Shown one piece after another: positions 50,842 to 64,000 of a DNA stretch of 64,000 nucleotides (its first letter is position 1; the number at the start of each line of letters is the position of its first letter). Made by a program: the position numbers and the translations under genes. The stretch is from Octopus sinensis. Its lineage: Eukaryota. The notes beneath the pieces were generated by a model that saw only the letters and a program-made list of their open reading frames with translations, was not told the origin of the DNA and ran no database searches. The stretch covers positions 145,824,001 to 145,888,000 of the forward strand of contig NC_042997.1 of the NCBI RefSeq assembly GCF_006345805.1, written 5' to 3'.

Positions 50842-51320
50842 CATACGGCACACATCTATTTGAGGTTGTGGAAGTTGGTAGACTTAAGTGCTACATATGT
50901 GGTATCAACAACCACTTATGAGTTTTCGGAGTGCAGTCGAAGCAAAACCAATGCTCCTCATTTCCCACCAGTGGTCACAAAAAAAAGCAACAGCACTAGC
51001 AGGAACAATAACAGTAACAACAACGTTGGATTAGACATTTCTGTTTGTACCAGATCCTCCATACCGATGATTGTAGATCAATTCTTCTGAGGAAATATTC
51101 ATATTTGAATGATATATCTCTCATTCATGTCGTCTCGTAGGACGGCTGCCAACAGCCACTAGATGTTTATCCATGGTGGCATATTCATCATCCTACATCA
51201 TCACAGTTCGCTTGCCCATGTGAGAAGAGCTGAAGATAAACTTCTCGTATTCTATAAGGTTCATAAAATAACTCCTCGCCTTGTTCCATAAAGTGAGCTT
51301 TTAGATCCACTTCTGATCTC
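50842..51320 (-). other. Candidate host first exon / 5' UTR ending ATG TGT GCC GTA TG|GTAAGT
   Basis: Perfect donor at 50841 in apparently unique sequence; upstream frames closed. Confidence 0.35.
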
Positions 51321-52093
51321 TTTCAATACCTCTCGACGTATGTAAATGCCAGCCTTTCAACAGGTTTGAATTTTACATGTTTTAAGCCTGTGCACTTGTA
51401 GCGAGAGAGCAACTCATGTTTATAACACACAAACACACACGTATGTGTATGTATGTATGTATGTATGTATGTATGTATGTATGTATGTATGTATGTATGT
51501 ATGTATGTATGTATGTCTGTATGTAAATGCCTGGTTGTCTTCTGCCTTTTCTTTTCTACAAACAAACTAGTCTCTTTCAAAGTGTTTTCCTAAATGTTAT
51601 TACACCTGATCGTTGACTGTTTTACTACAACTTGTACTTTCCTGAAGATAATAATACCTATAGTCGCAGAAGTGATAGTTGTGGAAGTGTTTCTAATAAG
51701 TATTTCATTAGACTTTTGTGTGACAATTTCTGCTTTTACAGAGTTGGTTAAAAAGAGGTTGTTTCTGTCAGGGCATGATTCAGTACTATTAAATTAATAA
51801 AAATTTTCATTACTTATATAATCTCTCTTTGATAACCAAAACAATAAAAACTATAGGTCTATTAACGTGAAGATTATTTAGATTTATATATTAGCTAACT
51901 TTAAAACTCACCATACCTCTCAAAAGGAATCATTTGACTAAACTAAACCCTTCCCTTCTATTTCTTCTAAAAGTATGTACTAGTTGAAACATGAATCAAT
52001 TATATAACTTGCTAATAGCAGTACATTAAAACTGAATGTATTTAGTCAGCGAAATTTAAGTCTCTTATGCAAAGAACAATGTCGTTGAAAGAT

Positions 52094-52136
<43 letters not shown>

Positions 52137-52492
52137 GGGTGAGAGAGACGGCTTGAAGACAAGCATACATTAACCTCGGTCAGCTGCTCTTCTATTTTAC
52201 ACAGAAAGAGTGGAAGTTTTATACCACTGTTGTACATAGCATATAGAAGTTTATATAAATTATTTTAGGTATTTTATACTACAATTGGGGAACAATAGCA
52301 TCGTTGCTTCCAGTTTTCCAACAGTGTTAATAATTGGAACATTGCATTTAGGACAGCAAGAATGACAGAAGAGTGTGCACAGCGTGATACTGCATAGATA
52401 TTGCAAAGGAATTTCATTTTTTTTCTTTTTGCTAACTCACTGATATACATTAGCAAAACATATACTCATTCATACGCACACAAACGCATATG

Positions 52493-52523
<31 letters not shown>

Positions 52524-53316
52524 TACACATATATGAGGTTACAATGTTGGTACACCTCTCGTTATTCCATTCCATTATTTGGAGACTGAAACAAAGAACA
52601 GATATCATATTTTGTAACATCACTACACTAAAATTTGGCTTATTTATGTGCTTTTCTGTTTTTAATTATTTAAATTCATCCCCTGAGGAAGGAGCTGGCT
52701 TCTAATGCAGATACAAAGCACCATCGTTGGCATTGAGAATGAAAACAATGTCACGTTTTGAACTTCAGAAAAGTCTTAGGTTTACTGTTCCACATACACA
52801 TTTGTGCTGTATATATTAGCTAGTTGATTTCTTTTTCTGAAAATCCAAGCTGATCCAGACTGGCAGTTAGGCATTTAGTTACAAAACCAAGTGCACTGAA
52901 TACTATTGATATAAATGTATATTTGCAATTTGAATGTAGAAACTGGAGGTTTCGAAGCATTGTTCATAGTTACCTTCTTTCTCAAAGAGATATTTACTTC
53001 GGCATGACTACTGACCTGTACGACGGTACATGCTTTTTCTTGTCTATCCCAAACAACGATGTCCGGCCTGTTATCCTTACACTTGACAGATGTCTTGATA
53101 TAAATGTCCCTCTAGTATTTTTTTGTGTTGATGCCTGTGTTTATTCCAGAGTAGTCTTTTTACTGGATATATATTGTTTTGCGACAACTCTCGAGGCACA
53201 CACAGAGGTAGTAAGTACCTTAATGACATTTAGGGGGAGCTGTTAATCACATCAATAATGTCTTCCACAGAAATATGGTATGCATGTACGTACATACATA
53301 CATACACACACACACA

Positions 53317-53382
<66 letters not shown>

Positions 53383-54462
53383 CTAGAATACACATACACA
53401 GCACAGGGTATATGTTTTGCCTGTTCGTGGGCAGGCTGTTATAAGCGTAATATTTTCTCATCAATTCGCCTGGTGTTAGAACACCTGGAAGTCATAGACA
53501 AGCAAGATAACTCACATCAGGTCCCGTTACAGGAACGCTGGACATCGATGTTTTGTCGTCTTTATGACTTGTTAATACTGCATACCCGAAACGAGGCTAT
53601 ATGTAAGCTAAATCGCGCTTTATGACTATATGCAAAATGGCGCAGAAAACTTTAAATATGAAAGAGAAGCAGCATGAGGGATATAAATAATATCGAATGC
53701 ACATATAAAAGGTATGCGTTTTGCCAGTTCGTAGCAGTTCAACAAAACAAAAATATAAAACAACACAATAAAGTTTATTGAATGGATGTATTTCCGGTTA
53801 TTTCATCACCTTCCATAGTTATGGAAGCATCGAAAGAGTTTGTGACAATTGAGCGAATGGGGTTTGTTTGGCCTTGCTAAACGTGATAACTAAATCTTTG
53901 ACTCAAATCACACCCTGCGGTTTTGAAAAAGGTAACGTAGAACTTGATACCGTTCAAAGGGTGGAATGGTTATGCCGAAACGTCTTTTGGTTGCTTGAGC
54001 TGGAGTTACACATTGAGCATATTTTCAGTGGGTTGTATTTGCACTGGTTTCAATACAAATTTTAATTGTTCGAAGGTATTAGGTTACTTTAGAATATCAT
54101 AGTATTAGTAGAAAATGTATTCTTTATTACAAGAATGATTCATCCATTGTCGTTATGATCAGTATCTAAAACTGGAAATATTGAATATGACTTAAAATAA
54201 ATATATAAAATAAAATCCTCATCGATTACTTTTCATGCTATAAGATCCGAGAAAAATAGAGTTGGCCTGTGTCTTCTCTCAATTTATTTATTGGTTTCCA
54301 CGCAAAGCATCTCTTTCCATCGAATGGTTCTGTCTGAATCATTAATAGCTTCATTTATTGAATGCAAACCAGTTTATTCCATGTTTTATGCTTTCCATAA
54401 AGACTTAAAAATCAATAAATAATTAACAAATACTTGTTTATTGGATGCATCTTATTATTATA

Positions 54463-54680
54463 AGGCCGAAGGCAGAGCGCTAACAGAATCGTTAGAGCGT
54501 CAGAAAAATTGCTTTGCAATATTTGTTTATGCTCTTTACGTTTTGAGCTCAAATCCCGCCCAGGTGAAGTTTGCTCCGGGGTTGCTGAAATATTGTCCCA
54601 GCAATGTATTGGGGTTAATTGCATTGGATTATCTCCTCCCTCAAATTTCAGGCTTTGTATTTACATTAGAATCCATTATC
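54463..54680 (+). mobile_element. SINE family A (old)
   Basis: CAGAATCGTTAG..GAGCTCAAATCCCGCC..CAAATTTCAGGC. Confidence 0.7.
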
Positions 54681-56558
54681 GCAAGGGAGAGAATCGTGTA
54701 GTCAGGAATCAATATAATTCTTTCTTGTTGAAGTTAAAGTTCATGGATTGAATGAAATGAAATGCCTCGTATCTATTACATTAGTTTAATTTGATTTGAT
54801 TTTCTCGTCTCATTTTAACTATGAAGACCTTTATATTCGTATGCAGAAGACGCCTTATATTTTCTTACCACACTTTAAAATTTTAATTATCCAAATTACA
54901 TTGATATAAAAGTCTAATTCTATCTTTTACAATATATTTTTTTATTAACACATGTGCATTTTATTTTTATACTCAAGTGTTATCTATTTTCCTTGGTACA
55001 GGAAACCATTGCATGTACTTTACGTTTGTTACGATTCTAGATTGGAAGAAGATTACTCAAAGCCACTTAATACCTTGTTCTTCATAGTTATACTCTTAAA
55101 TGATACAATAGCATCTTCTTTGCAGATTTACATAGATTTACATTAACATAAGGCTTCTCGCCTTATCTCCTCCACTTGGAAATTGGCGTTGAGATTTAGA
55201 TTAAAGCGATCGAGTAATGATGCCTTTTTAAAAGCGAAATGATTATTTTTGAAACTTTTTCTCTTACGAAAAAGCAGGCAACATGCCATCGATTGGCAAA
55301 ATTACAAAAGTCGAGCTTCAGCTTCTGATTTAAAGAAAATAAGCTGGAAATAAATTATACAAGGAATTTAGAATGGTGGGCTGTGAGACATTATAGTTTT
55401 AATGTATTTACATGGCATGGTATTGATTTTGACTACTGCATGCATTTTGGCTATAGATAGATTTTGTGTTGCTTGGAATCAAAAATTGCATTTACTATTA
55501 AGAAACTCGATAACTATAACTGTTCCAGCTATGTGTGTTGTTTCTATAAATATGCCAGGTATAATTTTTGCCAGTTGCTACTAACTACAGTTCTAAGTTC
55601 ACTTCAAGCAAAATAAGTGTTGTTGTTGTTGTTGTTCCTTTCCAAGACAGCACTGATCAGGCTTTCTTTTGATCATAGGTTCTCCAGTAATAGCTATTAA
55701 TTTATATATTTATTATTCACTTTTTTCTTCTCAGGCACATTTATCCAGTATTTAACTTAATGTTGGCATATTAAAATTGAGTAATATATATTAAATACCG
55801 AATTAAAAATACATATGCGAAGTAGAGACAATATCATATCAAAAGACTAATATTTATTTCAGCGTTTCTAGAGGCATGGGAGGCAACTCTATACATACTT
55901 CGGTATTATAAGGCCGCATCTACCCCATAAAGCATAGATTTTATCACACTATCCAAAGTGTTGATGAAAGAATCAGTATGTATAAAATATCGTACAATTT
56001 CACTAAGTACACATCAAAATCAATACATCCACTCTTTCCTAAAAATAACTGCTATTTCTAGATGTTCACAAAGATGGTCTCTCGTTGATTTGTGTAACAG
56101 AAAGCGTCGTTGATCTTATAGATTTTATATAGGCGCTACACACGTAACTCAGAAAGTTGTTACAAGTAAATTATATTACATAATTTATTGTAACTCAAGA
56201 TCTGGTTTCGTTAATGTTGCTATTCAATATTTAATCATGCTGGGTAATTGATAATTTAGTAGAGATGATGTTACCTAATGTGTTACAGCAGTAATAAATC
56301 ACTGAGCAAATATATAGTTAAACGGCATGCATGAAAATATACTAATTTTATATAAATATCATATGTGAGCGCTTGTGCTGGTACAACAACCTTTCCCGCC
56401 ACACACATATTTCTAAGGCTGAAAACTCTTCAGATGTTACTCAGTGACGTCTAGTTTCATGCACAACTCTTTTTAACGGGTAACATATGGATAATATCTA
56501 CGATGTCTTGCACTTAAAACTTAATATGTATGCACATAACACATATATATGTGCGTGT

Positions 56559-56593
<35 letters not shown>

Positions 56594-56934
56594 TTGTCTG
56601 CGTGCGTGTGTGTGTGTGTGTTGAGATATGTATTAGTATTAATGATTCGTGACAAATTGCAATCCGTTTCGTTCTTCTGAACTTACCTAGTTAAACAAGT
56701 TAGACAAGTTCATAAGAAGGTACGTTGCAATTTTCCTCGAATTATGAATGTATATAAATGCGCGTGTGTGTGTGTTTGCGTTTGTGTAATATATATCCTC
56801 ATTAATTAACTGCGTCTTAAACTCTATCTGACAGTGACTAGCCGTTTCATTATTGACCTTTCACACACACACACACACACACACATTCGTACACAGATAG
56901 ATACATACATACATGCATACATACATATATGACG

Positions 56935-58050
56935 GTTGTCCACTCGCGACTTTAGGAAGGCTATTACTGACCATTAAGAAGATCGTGCTCATAGACAATT
57001 TATAGGTTATACTTGAAGCACTGCCGGTGACTAATGAACTCGGCTCTTAATAAACGTACGCGCCCGCAGATATTGCAGACCAAGCTTTCCCCCATTCACT
57101 GCGTTTTCGAGCATTTCACTTAAATTCTACATGGAAAATTGCGTCATTTTTCCAAAATACCTGCTCCTTCCTTTACTTGCTTCCTCTATTGGTGGTAATG
57201 TTAAGCGCTGTTTTCCCACTTGACCTTCCATAATTCACATACTTTCAACGAGGACTTTACACAATCCTTAAATCGTAGATTAGGCTTCAGCTGTCGTTGC
57301 CTTCCACAATCAAATTTGTCATGCAGCACCTGCTTAGGAATGCTCTGATCATTCATCGGAATAAGGTGTCTAGTCCAACGTTAACAGTGTTTATGCACTA
57401 CCGTTACAATACTGAGGACATTGGTTTCTCTGATGGACCTCTGTGTTTGGCGTCCACAAGGACCAGCCAACATTTAGTATATTTCTCAAAGATCTGTGAT
57501 GGAAGCGTTCAAGGACGCCCACATGATGCCTATGAAGGGTTCATGTTTTGCATGAGTACATGAGGAACGTCAATACACACGGACGGTACACAATAACTTT
57601 TGTTCACTTTGTGAAGCCGTGTTGAGGCCAGACACGAAACTCAAGAGTCCCGAAGAGATTAGTTGCTTTCTGAAACATTTATCATCCAAGAAACAATAAC
57701 GGCTACTTCTACTGCCCCGGTAGACAAACTTGTCAACCACTTTTAGTACTTCTCCTTTCACTAAGATAGATGATTTCCCAAATGTGTTACCTGATGCTGG
57801 CTTGAACATTACAAAAGGCTAATGTTGAGTTCAGTTGCCTTGCAAGGTGTATGAAAATGATACTTGAGAATGTGTGAATCTTCACCTGTATGGGCAAGTA
57901 AGTCACAGTCATCCGCATAAAGGAGAGATTGGAAAGCATTCGTATTGGCAGCAAATCTACGCAAATTTTAAGATCTTGCCTGTATCATAGAAAGGATTCC
58001 GATTCATCAGAGAAGCAACAGACATGATTCACTGCAAAATAGCTACCTGG
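56935..58050 (-). mobile_element. RTE-clade LINE remnant
   Basis: YADDCDL at 57919 and LKVVDKFVYRGS; many stops. Confidence 0.8.
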
Positions 58051-58079
58051 AAACTGTAGAGAAGAACAAAAGCAGGAAA

Positions 58080-59150
58080 ATGTCAATGGACTCCATACTA
58101 AGTTCTATCATGTAGATAGTACTAAAACACTTCGGTTACACTGACCGATTTATAACAGTCGTACAAGTGGTCTACGACAATATGGTTGAACTTGCATATC
58201 ATCGAATAAATATCCCTGAAGAATTTTCAATCACAAACGTATCGAAGTAAATATGTGTATTTGTATTTCCTTCAATATTCCTCCCGCTTGAATTGACAGT
58301 CATGTTAACAACAAACAACTGCGGAGTTGAATCAAGTTGGCTTCGATAAGGATTTCTTAAGCTATCTAGAGCCAGCTAATAAAGACTAATCAACATCACC
58401 TCGATCACCGGACTGCAGTTTGTGGACGATAAAACTTTACCTACTCATGTTCTTGCTTTATTCTAACAATGAACATCCAGAAAAAGAAGGTGTTTACTCA
58501 TCATGTTCCCAGGAGACATCTTGTATAGTTAAATATTACCACCTCCAGCACACCTCCCGACTGGAGGATCATGTCTTTTATACTAGAACCCTATTCTCGA
58601 TCCAATTTAAAGAAGGATGCGGAAGACATGATACATTTTAGTAAGATTTTACTGGCAAATATATATTAATAAAAAATGAAATCCATCAAACAAAATTCAC
58701 TGCGTGTGTATCTGTCGTTCTTCCAGCCTGTCTTTATGGATACAAAATATGAATTCTATTGACAAAACATCTTAGAATTAGAAAATTTTACTCGTAGAAA
58801 TTTCGATGAATCTTGATAATTAAATGGAAAAACTTCGTTGTCATCTTTATTGTATTTGATAAAACAGCAAGTTAATGACCTCACCTGGTTTCTCTGCTAG
58901 ACTAACTACAGCGAACTCGACATGATTAAGCAAACTATTCGGCAAACCTCTGTGACGATACATTACAACATATCAAAACCAGTCAGAAAGAGGCAAATGT
59001 TAGCCATAAAACGCGCAAAAAACAAGCAGCAGATAGAGAACTCTTGTGTGAATTCATCTCAAATGCCGCAGAAATTTTTGATTCAGAATGTTGCAGAAAC
59101 ATCAAGGGCTGAGTAACATGGACGAAAAATACTCCGAGCACAATTATGTC
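58080..59150 (+). mobile_element. Second, older RTE-clade remnant in opposite orientation
   Basis: LKHFGYTDRFITVV..YDNM, LQFVDD at 58413-58430, VVLPACLYG. Confidence 0.7.
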
Positions 59151-60073
59151 CATCTTTGTCAGTCAAGTGCAAATTGCAGAGTAAGAGGCTTCATCAAATA
59201 TCGCTCTCTCTCTCTTTCCTCATTCACCAGAAATTCGAACGTGAACAATGAGAAAGGAGTGATTGAATGAATTAATAATTGAATAAATGAACAGACAAAA
59301 GATAAATTAGGCGGAAAAATAAACAGAGGAACACAATTATTGAAATTTTCACTCATTCGCATCTCTATCAACAATTCAAATAGTTCCTCATTCTTATATT
59401 CATTGTAACTCTCAAATTACGCACGCGCACACACTCGTGCGCGCGTATTGTTATAGTATTTGGTGAAACGCAATAAGTAATCTATATGTTTCTACATATG
59501 AGACAGACGTCTATCGCTAAAATAAGATATGTTTCTTTTCATTTAGGATTTTTAACTGCTATTCTGATACATACATACATACATACATACATACATACAT
59601 GTGTACATACGCATATACACACACTCATACATACATGTGAATATGTGTGTTCATGTATGTATATATATAATATATATATTATATACATACTTATATGCAT
59701 ACATATATACATATACATGTACATACATGCATATATATATATAAACAAAATAAGGCGCCTGTGTGTGCTTATGTGTGTATCTGATTGTGTGTTTGAATGC
59801 GCGTATGTATATGAAGTATATGCACTATCTATACTTATAAATGTACTTTTGTATATGCATATACACACACACACATATGTATGAATGTATTTTTAAATAT
59901 ATACATACATGAATAATTGAATAAATGCATAGATATAAATTAAATTGTATGTGTATATAACTATATATACCTACGCGTGTGTGTGTAAATTATGTGTGCA
60001 CGCTTATAAAAAAACCTACAATTGCACACGCACACACACACACACGCGCGCGCATATATATATATATATATAT

Positions 60074-60125
<52 letters not shown>

Positions 60126-60352
60126 AGATTGCAAAGATCCAATTTTGTCTGTATTAATAAATAATATATTAGACAAGTATTAATTTGAAAGCATTTATAA
60201 TCTAAGTTGTGTTCCTTGTGTCAGACACTTATGTCCATTCTTTTATCATTAATATGCATGATACACAGAAATAGAACATTTCTATCTCCTTGATCTCTTT
60301 CCTAAATTTACTGCACAAAAAATATTATTTTTAAAACTATAAATATCTCTTG

Positions 60353-60407
<55 letters not shown>

Positions 60408-60504
60408 CTTGAAAGCAATGAACTCACGTTATTGAAGAGGACACAGAAGAGATGAATTTTAACAAATATTGTATATAATTAACACTTCAAATGAAAGGAA
60501 AGGG

Positions 60505-60540
60505 TCTTGACGTTTCGGATGCTACCTCTTCATCAGAAAA
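60505..60540 (-). ncRNA. Minimal hammerhead motif, intact core but weak stems, in a Penelope-like piece (about 60408-60700)
   Basis: tttt CTGATGA agaggtagcatcc GAAA cg TC aaga. Confidence 0.6.
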
Positions 60541-61180
60541 TATATGGAAGAGAATAAAAGAGAAGGAAAGAGAAAAGTGGTTGGAAGAAAAACAAATGAG
60601 CGTGGGGTTAGGGACAAGATAAGAAGGCCTTTCTGAGAATGCCCGTATAGGAGTGCTACCATATATTTCGATGGTCATAACGTGAATGTTTATATATGCG
60701 TAATGGTATACTGTGCAAAGAAAACGTGAAAAAGAGGAGGAAGAAACAGCGCAAGTATGATGTTGAAGGTAAAGCAAAAAAATATGCAGATAGAGCGGTA
60801 TTTCCCATTGATAACAGCTAAAACACCAGAAAGGCATCTGTGAATACGACAGTGTGCAGCACTGGACGGATAAGGTGTTGTGACACCTCTTTTTTTAACC
60901 ATGAGGAAGAATTTTTTTCTGCACGCTAACTGCAGTTAATTTGCCTTTACAGGTTGAAATCTGTCACTAACATATTTTATCTTACCTAAATTTCGCTTAC
61001 GCCTAAACACTGCTTGGCGCTGATACTGCTGTAATAAACACATACATACATACATACACACATACACACATACATACAAACATACATACATACATATATA
61101 CATACATACATAACATACATGCATACATACATAACATACATACATATATACATACATACATACATACATACATACATACA

Positions 61181-61215
<35 letters not shown>

Positions 61216-61344
61216 GTATGTATATGTGTGTATATATATATATATAACGGGAAGCTTTATGAAAATAGACAAAAGACGAAGGCAGGTGGAATACAAACAA
61301 ACAATTGTATTAGTATGGCGTTCAGGAAATATAAATAAAACAAG

Positions 61345-61382
61345 TCTTTAACGTTTCGAGCCTACGCTCTTCAACAGAAAGA
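61345..61382 (-). ncRNA. Minimal hammerhead motif, core variant CUGUUGA, in a Penelope-like piece (about 61245-61460)
   Basis: tcttt CTGTTGA a gagc-gtag-gctc GAAA cg TT aaaga; both stems perfect. Confidence 0.7.
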
Positions 61383-61455
61383 TACACAGAGAAAAAACAC
61401 AGAAAGAAGGAGAGAAAAAAAATATCCGTGCAGAGGCTAGCGAATCAACATGGCG

Positions 61456-61497
<42 letters not shown>

Positions 61498-61834
61498 TCG
61501 ACAAATGTAAGAATAAGGCGCTCAACACAATTAGTAAGAGTTATCTGTTATATTATTTAAAACTTTTTCCTGCCCTGTATACATGTATGTGCAATATCTT
61601 AATCTAAACATTGCGAATGAATCTCAGAAGACGGAAATTCTGAGGACGCATTTCCAATGAGGAATACTTGTAAATCGAGGTGCCAGCTTCTTCCAACACC
61701 TAGCTGTTTACTCTATATCGAACAACTTAGACCTTCGCTGAAACCGACGAAGGTCAATGTACTCCGTTTTACATATACGCGCGCACAGAAGCTCGCATAA
61801 CGCTCAAACATATGCACACTCACTTCCACATAAA

Positions 61835-62365
<531 letters not shown>

Positions 62366-62489
62366 TAGACAGATATACATTTATTTTTATCTCTCGCGCT
62401 CTCTACCACGATGTCTCCCTGACTCTCCCTCCTTTCTCTCTCCCCCTCACTCACTCTCTCCTCCTTCTCCCTCTCCTTCTGTCTCTCCT

Positions 62490-62521
<32 letters not shown>

Positions 62522-63056
62522 CACACACACACATATATACCATGAAACAAAGACCAGTCTTTCATGACTGGTTTTTGTTTTGTAATATTCATTTACTTAG
62601 TTGTTAACAAGCTTAAAAATCGATTATATCTTATACTTTAGTTGTTTTCTCTGTCGGTTATCGAGTCTGTCTAGAATAATGCCGCAATATAGATGTCTCG
62701 TTTATTTCGTCGAGATCTTTTGATCTTCTATTAAGATTAACAAATTCGTTTATTTTTAGTTTATAATGGGTTCTGACTAACAATCGACATAAATAAAATA
62801 TCTAAAAATCACCATTGAACTTATTAATGTACAATATTTTCAGACAATAATGTTCCATATTGTTTTCACCAAAGTCTTCTGCCTTGTTTTAGCACTTTCT
62901 ATATCCCACAAACAATACTTGAAGATTGAAATCTGCTTCGTAAAGACGAAGAAAGAATAGTATTTTCATCAGACGACTAATAATATATCATAGGTAGGAT
63001 CCTTGGAGCGGGCGACAGTGATATACATACATACATACATATATACATTCATGCAT

Positions 63057-63091
<35 letters not shown>

Positions 63092-63211
63092 CAAAGTGGT
63101 GTTGTAGGGTACCGTACGAGTGGAATGTTATGTCCTTGTTACCAAAGACTGTATGTATGTAATGTTGCATTTTGTAACAACCAATAATTAATGCAACCAA
63201 ACTTCTACATG

Positions 63212-63256
63212 TTACTTTTGACAATCTTTTTCCAAAGAGTGAAACCGGTAAAGTAA
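63212..63256 (+). ncRNA. Decayed minimal hammerhead motif
   Basis: ttactt TTGACAA tcttt..aaagagt GAAA ccgg TA aagtaa, then AATAAA. Confidence 0.5.
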
Positions 63257-63333
63257 ATAAACGTCTTTTAAAATTGCATTTTCAAACCTTCTTTCGTATA
63301 TATTATATATATTTATATATATATCTATATATA

Positions 63334-63390
<57 letters not shown>

Positions 63391-63639
63391 TTTAATATAC
63401 ACAGTTACATAAGAGTTACTAATAATTTTGTGCTTTAAGATACATTTAATTGGTAGATTTATTTAACATGTCATGTATCGCCAAGCAACCTTTCGGGCTC
63501 AGTACACTTTAGATGTATTTAAAAGCCAGGACGCTACTCTATAAGAAAACCTGAGAAAAAAGAGTAAAAACGCAGTTGTTTCTGAAGTGTAAATACAAAT
63601 GCATGTGCGAAAATTTATGTATGTATGGAACTTATGATG

Positions 63640-63716
<77 letters not shown>

Positions 63717-63871
63717 AAATTTACAATACGGTAATAACGGATTTTTTAGAAATTTCTATCGGTTTGTTTCGAGACGCATAAATTATAAATGGTTATTGAC
63801 AATTTTGTCTTTTTTTCTGCATATTTGGCATTAGAACTTTTCTTTTGCCCTTATTTTGTAAGTTATATATA

Positions 63872-63924
<53 letters not shown>

Positions 63925-64000
63925 TATATATGTATGTATGTATATATGTATGTATATATATACATATATATATATATATCATTCAACCACGGTAGTGTTT

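Overview
AT-rich, microsatellite-saturated animal DNA with no recognisable host coding exon. The SINE repertoire points to an octopus (coleoid cephalopod) genome; this is inference. Most listed ORFs are translated simple repeats. Protein-coding remnants are all mobile elements: two tandem 5'-truncated R4/Dong RLE LINEs in (TAA)n, two CR1-group 3' ends, three RTE fragments, a decayed piggyBac, a mariner, and an ORF1-only CCHC element. There are also at least three tRNA-SINE families, MITEs and Helitron/Helentron pieces. Best leads: (1) about 10 Penelope-type minimal hammerhead ribozyme motifs, one with an intact core, one at the end of a tRNA-headed SINE and two as an inverted pair; (2) a ~550-bp non-coding (TAA)n-targeting retroposon with a possibly 5S-derived head, stacked with Dong LINEs; (3) SINE/LINE tail sharing visible within the window; (4) two candidate minus-strand first exons. 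All alignments and folds were done by eye.
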